A model generated the notes under the pieces. It was not told where the DNA came from. It made no database searches and saw nothing but the letters and a program-made list of their open reading frames with translations. This document shows, piece after piece, positions 51,653-64,000 of a stretch of DNA of 64,000 nt; positions within the stretch are counted from its first letter, which is position 1; every line of letters begins with the position of its first letter. Location: NCBI GenBank assembly GCA_964016885.1, contig OZ024740.1, forward strand, positions 208,878,001-208,942,000. The letters are read 5' to 3'. This stretch comes from Eledone cirrhosa. Taxonomy: Eukaryota. The position numbers and the translations under genes were made by a program.

Positions 51653-52094
51653 CAAATGAACCATTGAGATGTTTTCTGTGGGACATTGAGATTTTTTTTC
51701 AGTAGGCCATTGAGGGGCTTTCTGGAGGGGTCCTGAATGTTTTGTTTGTTTTGTTTTTTTCTTCTGTAGGCCTTTACCGGTTTTCTTCGAGTTTTTTTTT
51801 TTTTTTTTTTTGTAGGCCTTGGGTTTTCTTTGAGTTTTTTTTTTTTTTCTTTTTCTGTGGTCCTTTCAGAGTTTCTCGGTGAACCATTGATCGGTTATCT
51901 GTAGTTGGAAACCAACCCCGACAAAAATTCCAATGACATAAATCCTGGCACCAAATTTAATTGCTTTTGTAAATTCTGCATAATTTTTTTTTTTTTTCAA
52001 GTATACTGTTTATATTATTTATTACGCAACTAACAGGATTATTTTTTTTACTTCCGGAAATGTTATTTGCATAACTTCACTATGAAAGGAAATA

Positions 52095-52385
52095 CCATAC
52101 ATGCATGCATACATACATACATACAATCAACGGAACTGCCTGCTCATGAAATTAATGTGTAAATGGCTGAGTATTTCAAAGATATGTGTACCATTAACAT
52201 AGTTCTCAGGGAGATTCCGTGTGTCTGGTCCCTTGAATTACACGTACAACTCATTTTTGGTTGCTGGGTGGACTGGTGCAACATGAAATAAAGTGTCATG
52301 CTCGAGGACACAACGCGCCACCGAGAATTGAAATCCTGACCTTACGATCGTGAGCCGAACACCCTAACCATTAAACCACGTGTCT
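52095..52385 (-). mobile_element. CORE-like tRNA SINE with (GTAT)n tail
   Basis: Minus-strand tRNA head, GTGTCCTCGAGCATGACACTTTATTTCA core. Confidence 0.7.
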
Positions 52386-53229
52386 TCGCATACATACCGC
52401 GCGTGCACACGCGCACATGATGGCTGAAATTCGATGGGGCCAATCTCATTCTGAATATCGATGCAATGTCCAAAAAGAAGAACTGGTCTAAATTGGATGC
52501 AAACAAAGTGGCAGGTTTTATATGAGAATGACCTCCTAGAGAGATGTTTTAATGAAGACTAGGAGTCTCTCGCTCCACGAAAAAACAAGAAGAATTTATT
52601 TGATGGCTGTTAACTCTCCTGAGTTCCTCCGTCTTTTGATGGTTTTTGTTTTTCATCCCGCGGGATGTCCAAAATCCCCTTCCTCAACAAGCAAGCTTGG
52701 TGGGGTTGACGGTTTAGTCACCGATGACCCGACCATGCACAGGTTGTACTGGGTTACATGTTACCAGTAGCACCCAAGAGTAATCTGACATAAAAATACA
52801 TACATAATGGCTGCATCTCGGATTCGAGAACTGCCATTCCTTGAGCTTTTTCTCATACATGGATGGCACAAACATGACATTTTAGCCCTACCAAGGACTT
52901 AGATTCCTTTCAGCATATGCTGCAGCGAAAGAAAAGAGAAAAGGCCATGCTCACGCAACATCCAGGAAAGTTGTTTAGATCAAGTGATGCCTGTGCTTGA
53001 ATTTTTTTTTTTTTTTTTTTGGTGAAGTTTTGTGGACCAATCCCATTCTCTGAACAACAGTGACAGATATCCAAAAAGAACAGGCCAACATCATTGGCTG
53101 CCATCGAATTACAGGTTTTACATCAGAGTTTTCTTCTGGGATGTTGTCCTAACACATACAAGGAGTCTCTCAATCCCAATGGGCTAATTGCACGCTCGGA
53201 CGCTAAACCGAGTATTTCCATCTCCCTTC

Positions 53230-53367
<138 letters not shown>

Positions 53368-53823
53368 GATGGCTGCAAACTCCTGTTCGAGCATTTCTAT
53401 TGCCCGATAAAATGCTCAAAAATGTGAGGTACGAATGTGGCTCTTTAAACCAGCCAAAGATTTGCACCCTCTGGCACAAATATGGCAACTGTAGGCTCCT
53501 CCGAGAATTTCCATTGCTTTGTTCTGGCTGTGTGTTCTCGTGTGTCTTTTAAGCCCTCCCATGTTAGCACATTCCTTGCCACAATCCTTACACCTTTTCA
53601 GATCATAATCTACATGAGGTCTATATACTTACACTCATACATACATACATACACACACATACATACATATTTCTGCCAAGTTGTTTGGGGCATAAAAGAA
53701 AGATGTTGTACCGCCACAGAGGTCAGCTGTCCTTCTGTGGTGAACATTTCTTCCCAAAGAGAATAATTACTAACAATTGCTTCGAAACATTCAACTTTTG
53801 TACCGAGATTATAAATTCACATT

Positions 53824-54390
53824 TACGATGGTCGGCTGAAATGTTTATAGCCTGACTAAGATACTTTCATGTAATGTAACCAAATAAGGTTTATTTTTCA
53901 ACATAGTCCCCCTTGCAGTCCTTTTTCTATCGGTGTTACAGTGCTTGGATCCCATTGGAGAAGAAGCTTCCATCCTGTTGGTAAAAAAATTGTCGTCAGT
54001 AGCAATGTGTTTTCATGTTGGGGAACAGATGATAGTTAGATGAGGTCAAATCAGGCAAATGGGGGTCGGGCGGTGATCAACCAATTCACAGCCACAGTCA
54101 CGTACAGCAGCCATTGAAACCAAGGGCTTGTGTGCTGGAGCATTGTCCTGATGAAACAAGGGAGTTTAGTCATAATAGTCTTTCATAACTGCCTCAGCAA
54201 GTTGGCATAGTACTCTCCATTGATGGTATGACCCTTTTGAAGATAGTCAATAAACACAGAGTCTTTTGTATCCCAAATCACTGAAGTCATCACCTTCCCA
54301 GCAGATGAAAGGACCTTGACCCTCTTTGGAGTAGAGATTGTTTCCACTGCATGGATTTCTCTATTTGTCTCTGGCTTAAAGTGATGAACC
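53824..54390 (-). mobile_element. Mariner transposase 3' relic with TIR
   Basis: Minus-strand LFHQDNAPAH, degenerate PDLxxSxYHLFP, VHHFxPET; TA|CGATGGTCGGCTGAAA terminus. Confidence 0.82.
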
Positions 54391-54674
54391 GATAATTATT
54401 AGTGCACTGTATTAATAAATAACCAAGTGACAATCTAGAAAAGTTAGGGGCTTCAGACAAGGAAATTAACTAGCTAATACTCACTTCATAAATACAATCT
54501 GTTTGCGGAACAGTAAAAATATACAAGACTTTTCTAAAGTTCAGCATATGACATTCATTATTTTTATTATCCAAATTTCAACGATGGATCTTTTTTTATT
54601 TGTTAGAAACTAGTTTCCTTTCTTATAGGAAGAATTCAAATAATTAAAAAAAGGAAGAGACCAACACACACACA

Positions 54675-57600
54675 CATACATAGATACATACATACATGAT
54701 GGCTGCCCCCTCGTTATCGAGTATGGCCATTGCACGAAAAAAAAAGAAAATAATAATAATAATAATAACAACAATTTTATATATATATATATGCACACAC
54801 ACACACACGATAGCAACTAACAGCGCTGCGATCGTATGTGGCTTTTTTAGCCCAGCCAATGATCTAAAATATCTTTCACGGAGTTGGCAACCAAAACATT
54901 CACTGGCAGTAGCCGGCTGTGGTTGGAGTACATGTACTTTTGCATGTTGTTTGGCAAGCATGATGAGTAGCATCTCCAACAGCAGCCTGGTAGTCAACCA
55001 CTGGTCTCACTTTATGACTGCAAAGATGACTTTCGAATCCAGCTTTGCTGAGGAAGAGTCTCGCACAGATGCTGCTTGTTAGCGCCATAGGAGGACCTTC
55101 GCTGTCTGGAAATGCAACAGTAATGCCTTTCCTCACATCCCTCTTTACTTTCTCGTATGCGATTCGAGATGCCTCAAAGGCAACTTTCCCCTCATATACA
55201 GTCTTTCTCCATTTATTACGATCAGCAGCAACATTTTCCCATGTATCAGCAGAGATGTTAGCGTCTTTCAAAGAGGCTTTCAACGAATCCTTATACCTCT
55301 TTTTTGGTTTATGTGGAGGTCGTTTTCCTTGAACTAACTTTCCATAAAAGAGTTGTTTTGGTATTCTAGAATCCTTCATCCTGGCAAGGTGACCACTCCA
55401 ACGGAGTCTTTGCTTAAGCACAAGAACCTCTATACTGTCACACAGAGAGCTTTTCAAAATCTCGACATCACTGATGTGATCCCTCCAGTCAACGCCATGG
55501 ATCCGTCTGGGACACATCTGATGGAAACGCTCCAATTGTTTAAGGTGGTGTCGATATGTGACACAAGTCTCGTAGGCATAAAGAAGAGAAGAGAGCACAT
55601 ATGCCAGGTACCTTTGTCTTCTTGCATATGTCTCGCCGAACCCAGAGTCGCCTTTCTAGCTTTCCGAAAGCATCATTTCCTAAACCTGAGTGGGATTTCA
55701 TTATCAAGGTTGCTGTATCGATTGACAGTGCTTCCCAGGAAGACAAACTGATCAACCACTCCAAGTCGTTTACCATACTATTAGATATTTGGCTCCCTGT
55801 ACTGCTTACCAGTGGCAGGTTGGTACATGATGACGGTTTTCTTGAGACTGACAGTCAATCCTAGGGCAATGCAAGCATCAGAAAATGTGCTGCATATCAC
55901 TCTCTGTGTGCACTACAAGATCGCAATCATCTGCATACAAGAGGTCTCTTATGATTGATGTAAATACTTTTGTTTTTGCAGCAAAGCGCCTGATGTTAAA
56001 TATGCTGCCTGAGGTTCGATATCGGATGTAAACACCGTGCTCGCAATTCCTGAATGCTATATAGAAAACCATTGCAAAGTATATGGCAAACAGGGTCGGT
56101 GCTGGAATATCCCCCTGTTTTACTCCATTTTTTACTGAGATAGGCTCCGACACCTTACCTCCGACATTAACCCAAGCCTTCATGTCGTCATGGAAAGACC
56201 TAACCAAATCAAGGACCTTATCAGGGCAACCAAGTTTCTGGAAAACCTTCCACAATGCATTTCTGTTAACAGTATCGAACGATTTTGTCAGATCGACAAA
56301 AACCTAATACAGATCCAAACCTTGTTCCATGCACTTCTCCTGGAGCTGTCTAGCTGAGAAGATCATATCAGTAGTGCCGCGTCCAGCATGAAAACAGATT
56401 GACTTTCAGGAAGAACACAATCTGCAATGTGTGTCAGCAGACGGTCCAGAAGCACCCTACATAGAATTTTTCCTACGACAGAAAGCAATGATATACCTCT
56501 GTAGTTTCCACAATCATTATTGTTACCCTTTCCCTTATACAACACCACCATTACTGCATCTCTCCAGTCCTCAGGTACGGATTCACTAGCCCATATCCTG
56601 CCAAACAAAGAGTGAAGATGTTGCAGAAGTTTCTCACTACCATATTGTAGGAACTCTGCATGTATGCCATCCATACCTGGAGACCTTTCACTGTTCAGCT
56701 TCGAGATAGCTACTGCAACCTCCACAAGCGTCGGTGATTCTGCGAGAGGTTTTTCTGGAATGAGATTGAGGAAATCTTCATTGACGACAGACGGCTGATT
56801 CAAAAGTTCATCAAAGTGCTCTCGCCACCTTCGTAGAATTCTTTGTGAGTCACGAAGAAGTTCCTTGCCACCCTTGCTGCGAAGCGGTGTCAACAGAGAA
56901 GAAGACGGTTCATAAACTTCACGCAAGAGACTGTACAACAGCTTTGTGTTATTGGAATCTGATGCAGCTTTTATCTCATCAGCCTTCTCACTCCACCACT
57001 TATCCTTCATCTGAGAAAGATTCCGCCTAACACATGATTTCACATCCTTGGGTACCTTATGCAACATATTCTTCTCCTGTGATTTTGCTGTCAAGTAGCG
57101 TGACAGAGCACGCCTCTTATCAGCCAACAAGTCTTCTATATGTACATCATTCTCATTAAACCAGTCTTAATGTTTTCTCTGCACCAATCCCAGAACACGC
57201 CTGCCTACATCATAAACCGACATTTTAAGGGTCGGCCAATCCTCACCAAGATCTGCAACATGCATCTCTTCTCGCAATGTCCTCTTCACATTTTTATCTC
57301 TAAGATGAGCAGCATTCAATCTTCTGGGCAGGGTGACACCAGGAGCCCGGATTTTACGTTTAGTGATTAGTTTCATTTTTGCGCGTTCCAGAAGGTGGTC
57401 CGTCCAGCACTCAACTCCACGAAGAGCACGAACACACTGCACATCCTGTCTGTCACGCATCCAAACAAGGACGTCGTCCAAAAGTCCAAAAGATGCCATT
57501 TCTTAGATGCAGGATGCATCCATGCGGTCTTAAATTTGTTCTTTTGCTGGAACATGATGTTGGTAACACACAGATCCAGTTCCACACACATCTGCAGCAG

Positions 57601-58215
57601 GAGCATACCATTGTTGTTACACTTTCCCACCCCATGCCTTCCGATTACATTCCATGTGTTAAAATCCCTACCCACTCTAGCATTAAAGTCACCAAGCACG
57701 ATGACCTTGTATGCCTGAGGGATAATTCTTAAAACACATTTCAAGGCATGGTAAAAGGACACTTTTTCTTCATCGACAGAATTCATAGTTGGAGCATACA
57801 CACTCACCAGGGTCGCATATCTTCCTTTGTCCAGAGGAATTCTCATGGACATAAGACGCTCACTAATCCCCACGGGGAATTCTTTTAATTTATCCAAAAG
57901 AGCAGTCTTAACAGCAAATGCTACCCCAGCCTCTCTTCTGGTTCCTTCATCTCTTCATTTCCAGAAGAATGTATATTCTCCACAAAATTCTGTAAGATGA
58001 CCATTTTCAGATAACCTCGTCTCAGATAAAGCTACGATGTTGAGATCGTAACGTCGAAGCTCCTTTGCAACAAGAGCGTTCAGGATGTTCCAAGGAATCC
58101 CTGTCAAGCAGCGTCCGTACGTTCCAGCAGCCAATATTAAATGCCTTGTTTGGTTCTATTACAGTAGCACGATGACGAGCGGGCCCAGGCTGTAATACCC
58201 TGGGGCCCCTGCCCT
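54675..58215 (-). mobile_element. RTE-clade LINE, near-complete but disrupted APE-RT ORF
   Basis: IGCWNVRTL, SVYAPT, LGDFNARVG, NYRGISLLS, GVKQG, LLYADD, QRLRWSGHLARM, RIPKQLFYG; several frameshifts and stops. Confidence 0.92.
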
Positions 58216-58306
58216 TATTGCCAATTATCTCTTTTGTTCCAGAACCCTTATTGCCAGTTATCTCTTTTATATTGTTTTGGAACATCATTGAATTGGAAAA
58301 AAAAAG

Positions 58307-58338
<32 letters not shown>

Positions 58339-61300
58339 TCTTTATTAACCACAAGGGTTTACATAAAGTAGACATTAAGGACAGTACAAGACAATACAGG
58401 ACGGTACAAATGGGTATTTCTGCGTGTAAAAAAACAAAAACAGAGGATGTAACAAAAAAATAACAATGAAAAATTCCCCAATACGGGGGAGACTTCCGAG
58501 GGACATTCGTGGAGAAAGCCCATTAAAAAGCCACAGTGACCCTGACTACCAGGGCAAGTGCCCTCTCCCAGATTTCCACCTTTAATTTACAGACACATAC
58601 TCAGAGTAGGCCCATTCACTCGGGACATTCTTGCTTCTCTCACCCATCTTTCAACAAAATGCTGGGAAGAGAGCACTTCCCTCTCTACCCTGATTTTCCT
58701 TTTCAAATGAAATTTGAAAAAGTCAATCAGGGCATCACCGAAGAGGTAAGTGCTCGTCTTCAGCCCTTTCAAACGTGTCCACCATACTATCTCTTTCGCC
58801 ATGGCCACCAGACAGATAAAAACTTCCTGTCCTTCCCGGCTAAAGGAAGAGGGCGGGGCAATCCTCACGATGAACTCAGCTGATAGCTGGATCCGTCCTA
58901 CACGCGACAGCAGGTGTTAGACATAAACCCACAAGTCAGCAATGCTCGGACACTGGACGAGTGCGTGCAGGACGGTTTCGTCGCCCTGCGCGCATCTCGG
59001 ACATGCTCTATTTTTCTCTATTGCTAAAGCCTTACTAAACCTAATGGACTCTATCCTAATCGCTCTTTTCAGAGCAAACCACCATTTGTTGTTGACGATG
59101 GCCCCCGTCAACGCCCGCTTAACTAGTTCGCTAATCCGGTCTCTGTAGGCCTTGCGCGCTGGTAAGGACGTGTTTAGCTTCCAGTAGCCGGGTCCTCGTC
59201 TATGAAGCCTATCTAAGTCAAGCTACACAGATCACGAATTTGTGGTCCTTGTAGCTGACTATCTTGAATTGTGGACAGCCTATGCTAGACCTATCTATTT
59301 CCCTACAAAATACTCTATCTAGATATGATCTAGATGACTCTATGCGGTTTGTCCAAGTCCATTCGGGAAATCCAATCGGTATCTGTCAGACAGTTGAAAC
59401 CGTTTGAGCAGGTTTGCGAGGCTTTTATGCCCTCCTCCCCTATCGGCTAATCCCACACAGTCCCAGCGTGCATCTAAGATCCCGTTCCAGTCGCCCACTA
59501 ACACTAAAGAGCGGGACGCTCCAAGAAAGGTCTCCAGACGCCGGAAGAAATCAGGCTGCCCTGCTCCTGTCGGGGCATAGACGGCCACTAGCCTGAAAAC
59601 TTGCCCGTCTCCGCTGGTCACGTCCAGCACCACCAACTTACCTTCTGGGTCCAGGAAGATGGCCCGTATGGCGAGATCCAAACATCTCCGAAAAAGCACA
59701 GCAACTCCTCCCCCGATCCAGGACGGCTGGGAGATGCGTACACATCGTAGCCGCCGAAGATCGGTGCGAAGGCCCGTGCTTCGGAGATTCTGGTCTCGCT
59801 GGTGGCCATCACATCTATGTTTAGTGACCTGAAGTCGTTGAGCAGGTGGCCCAGCTTCCATGACGACCCGAGGCCACGCGCATTTATGCTGCCTCTTCTG
59901 AGTGAGGTCATGTTGAAAAGGAGTGGAAAAAGATGGGAAAGACCACTTACCTTACTTCTCGTAGAGGGAGGATGGTTTTTTCCATCCTTCTCACTACTTG
60001 TGGCCTCCTCCGGAAGGATGTCCTTATAAATCCTCCTGGAGATTGTTTGTCGGAAGTCTCCGATGTCCTTGGGGAATTTTTGTTTTAGTGTCGTGTGCGT
60101 TTTATGTCTGATGCGAGTGATTTGTATGTGTGGAGGTGGTGTGAATTTTTGGTGTGTTGTGTAGTCTTTTTCTGTGATGCTGGTGTTGTGTTGGATGGAG
60201 TGTAATAATTGGTTATTGTTCAAATTTAATGCTGTGTAGTGTGGGTATCGTTTTGGTTGTTTTGTTTTGTTTGCGTTTGTTGTGAGTTTGTTTCTGTTTC
60301 GCTTTTTGGTGACTTTTGTGGTATTGGTGATGGTGGTGTTGGGGTTAATGAATGTGATGGTGTTGCTGTTTGTGGTGATGGGGGTTGGTGATGCTGGTGT
60401 GGATGGTGGTATAGCTGTCTTAACATTTTTGTTTGTTTGTTTCCCCTGCGTTTTGTTTTTGGAGGGGGAAGGAAGAGGATTTTTTTCTTTTTGGGGTTCT
60501 TTTTCTTTTTTTCTGATACCATTTCCCACTCCTCGTCGTCACAATCTGCCTCCAGTTGCGATAGATCGGGGAGTGGAAAATCCTCCACAGGCGTTGGTTT
60601 TGGTTGTGGCGTGGTGAATGGTGGAGGCGCTGGTGCTAATTCTGGCGCGGTGGGTGGGGGTGGTGTTGGTTTTGCCACTGATGCTGGGGTTGTTGCTGCT
60701 ACAGTTACTTCTGTTGTTGCTGTCATTTCTGCTGCTGGTGGTGTTGATGGTTGAGTCACTGGGGTGGGTAAGAGAGGTGGCCTCAACTTTTTAGCTTGAG
60801 GGCAGAAAGCCTTTAGGTTGGTTCCTTCACCACAAACGACACACCTAGACCTTCCCTCAACGATTACAGTGAGGTCTATCACCTCTGGAATTTCCTCAAT
60901 GTTTTTTGGTCCGCTTGGATCAGGAGCTTCATCCCAGATCCGGACCAGTTCTCCTGCTTTTCTTTTGTTACTTCAATTATTTTCGTGTTGACCTCGATGC
61001 CGGCGAGGACGGCAGCCATTAGCCAGGGAATTTCGGTGGCCGGTGGAACGTGGGTCACCCTGATCTTCACGAGTCTCTGACCACAATAGCTTGGGACGAG
61101 TGTGAAGTCGTGGAGTGCTCTCTGGCTTCCTGTGGTGTTCCAAAGAACACGTCCACGGTTCCATATTTCTGCCCACGTCTGATGTGAGTTTTTTTCGCCC
61201 ACCCATGTCCCAAAGCTTTTTGTATTTGGGACTCGGATGCCCGTTCCACTCGGCGTGATTTTGTGTTTATCGTCCGATATGACACGGTGCATAGGCGCCG

Positions 61301-62147
61301 ATTCTCCATTTTATTAGGTGTGGGGGTGGGGTGGCGGGGTGAGGCTGACCCTGTACCCATCTTTTTTTACCATTCGCTTGGCTTCATTTAATTCATCCTG
61401 GCTTACCTCGATTGTTTCGCTTTTCTTGGCTGCTTTGGAAAACGACACATTTTTGCGCTGGTGTTGATGTTGTTGTTGTTATTCTCATTGTTGTTGTTGT
61501 TGTTGCTGTTGTTGTTATTGTTATATTTGTTATTGTTATTTTTAGTTTCAGTTGTGGTGGTGGTGGTGGTGGTGTCAGTGGTGTTCGGCGTGGAAGAGTC
61601 GATTCTGGGTGAATCCATTTCGATGTCACGAGATAATAATTTTTTGGGGGGGTTTCTGTTGTCGCTGTTTTGGTGGTGGTGGTGGTGGTATCAGTGGTGT
61701 TCGTTTTTCTTTTTGACATTGTGGTGGTGGGGGTGGCGGCTTTAACACCTGTAGACATTGGTAATGGTGGGAAATCCATGTCTTTATGCGGCAAATCTAA
61801 ATAATTGAGACTGCTATTAATTATATTTTCAGTGTTGGCAACCGTGGCAAGGCTTACAATGGTGTTGTTGGTGGTGGTGGTTGGGAGGCGGAGGGGGAGA
61901 GGTCTTTTAAAAACAGGAGATTTGTCGTCCATGTTTTTTTTTCAAAGAAATATTTTGTTTGATAAGTAAAAGTTTAAATTTTGGGTTCAAGGGCCCAATA
62001 TTTTTTTTGTGTCCTTTTCAGAAAGCAATATATGTGAACTTATAAACACATAACAACAAATATTTTCCATAACATGGCAATTTGAAACAACTGAAAACAA
62101 CAAACCTTTGCGGAGCTCAAGATAATAGGTTTCCTACGTAGGTCGCC
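58307..62147 (-). mobile_element. L1/Tx1-type LINE, internally deleted (ORF1 + endonuclease + C-terminal Zn motif, no RT)
   Basis: Disrupted ORF1 from 61932 with a CxxC knuckle relic; ORF2 from 59911 (SINARGL, VAVYAP, VGDWN, YLDR, DHK, GPGYWKLN) fused near 59005 to CPRC..ETVLHALVQC; AATAAA plus (ATT)n tail. Confidence 0.88.
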
Positions 62148-62188
<41 letters not shown>

Positions 62189-62210
62189 TTTTTTTTATTG
62201 TTTATTTATT

Positions 62211-62212
<2 letters not shown>

Positions 62213-62261
<49 letters not shown>

Positions 62262-64000
62262 TTTTCTTTATTAACCACAAGGGTTTACATAAAGTAGACA
62301 TTAAGGACAGTGCAGGACAATATAGGACGGTACAAATGGGCATTTCTGCGTGTAAAAAAACAAAAACAGAGGATGTAACAAAAAAATAACAATGAAAAAT
62401 TCCCCAATAGGGGGGAGACTTCGGAGGGACATTTGTGAAGAAAGCCCAGTAAAAGGCCACAGTGACCCTGACCACCAGGGCAAGTGCCCTCTCCCAGTTT
62501 TCCACCTGTTGGGAAGTGCTCTCTTCCCAACAAAATGCTGGGAAGAGAGCACTTCCCTCTCTACTCTGATTTTCCTTTTCAAATGAAATTTGAAAAAGTC
62601 AATCAGGGCATCACCGAAGAGGTAAGTGCTCGTCTTCAGCCCTTTCAAACGTGTCCACCATACTATCTCTTTCGCCATGGCCACCAGACAGATAAAAACT
62701 GCCTGCCCTTCCCGGCTAAAGGAAGAGGGCGGGGCAATCCTCACAATGGACTCAGATGATAGCCGGATCCGTCCTGCACGCGACAGCAAGTGTTCGACAT
62801 AAACCCACAAGTCAGCAATTTTCGGACACTGGACGAGTGCGTGCAGGACGGTTTCGTCGCCCTGCGCGCATCTCGGACATGCCCGGCTGACGGCACCTCC
62901 ATTCCTGTAGAGTTTATCCCGAACTGGCAAGGCTCCTCGGTAGCACTGCCAGGCCAGGGATTTCTGGAAGTTGTCCATAGGCCCCGGCCCGAAAGTTCTT
63001 CCGAAGAGAATAGCTAGTTGATTTTCGTCGACGCCTAGAGTTTCCCCAAGTACGTCGTCGCTCTTCCCCTCCACTAATCCTCTATAGAACGCCGAGGTGG
63101 AGTTTCCACCGATCACATTGCCCGATTGGTCGAGGGCTGTGAGCACCTGAAAACATTCCAGTCTCCAAGCGCTCCCTCTCGGTCTTCGCTTGACCCAGGA
63201 CTGCAGCTCCGTCAAGGAAACGAGCTGAGGAAAAACGCGTCTAGCAAACGGCGACCACACCTGATCACCGTTGAGGAAGAGGTGGAGATGTAGCCAGAGC
63301 GCGTGCCTGCGCATCATCAGCCACGGCATGCCCAGCTCTCCACGTAGCGGGTGTTGACAACAGATGGACTGCCTGACCATCGGAGCGCGTCCCTTCCACA
63401 AAAAGCGAAAGAGCAAACGCTCCAGCGCAGTCAGGCGAGGCTTAGGACAAAGTACGACGGTCAGGCGGTAGCAGATGACAGACACGATGTACGCGTTAGC
63501 CACCTCCGCTCGACCTTTCAGGAATAGCTTCCTCTCCGCCCATTTCTGGCTGAGAGAAGCCACCCTGCTCGTTACCTCGTCCCAGTTTTTGTCCGTCTGG
63601 AGGTCCGGACCGAACCAGACCCCTAGCAATTTAACCGGTCCGTCCGTCCAGCGTCCGACGACGCTTTTGGACGGCATGGATCTACCTCTCCAGGTGCCGA
63701 GCTGCAGGCCCACTGACTTTTCCTGGTTGATCATTGCTCCTGTCAACGCTTCGTATTCTCTTAGTGTAGTACCGATCGCCTCGATGTGTTTGGCGTTCGA
63801 CACCACTACGGTGACATCGTCCGCATATGCTGACACGGATCTTCCGCATCCTAGTTCGCGCGGGACGCCCCTCAACGTCTCCAGTTTGTGCAGTAATGGC
63901 TCGAGAGTCAATACGTACAAGAAGGACGAGAGGGAGACATCCTTGGCGGACCGAGCGCATGATGTTGAACGGTTCCGAAAGGTGACCGTTCACTCTCACC
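62213..64000 (-). mobile_element. Second L1/Tx1-type copy, 3' half of ORF2 (RT and C-terminus); continues beyond the window
   Basis: RSVRQGC, AYADDV, LLGVWF, CPRC..ETVLHALVQC; 3' UTR near-identical to 58336-58580. Confidence 0.92.

Noticed and set aside
52690-52790. HDV-like ribozyme on the minus strand
   Set aside because: P3- and P4-like stems are visible, but I could not form P1 or P2

Overview
AT-rich, microsatellite- and transposon-dense eukaryotic DNA; the SINE repertoire and gene architecture suggest an octopod cephalopod (inference). Positions 878-37489 (+) hold the last 22 coding exons of an importin-4 (IPO4) gene. I assembled these by hand into an uninterrupted 887-aa frame; the 5' exons lie upstream of the window. 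One intron (31532-32291) is U12-type. The introns carry tRNA-derived SINEs, several MITE types, non-autonomous Helitrons, a Penelope-like RT relic, a 126-nt hairpin and a 2.4-kb (TA)-rich tract. Downstream lies a 414-nt terminally redundant unit containing a degenerate minimal hammerhead ribozyme (retrozyme or Penelope pLTR-like). The last 15 kb is a minus-strand graveyard: a CR1-type LINE, a mariner relic, an RTE LINE and two head-to-tail L1/Tx1-type elements sitting in (AAT)n. No prokaryotic features or CRISPR arrays are present. TE boundaries are approximate unless a junction is cited.
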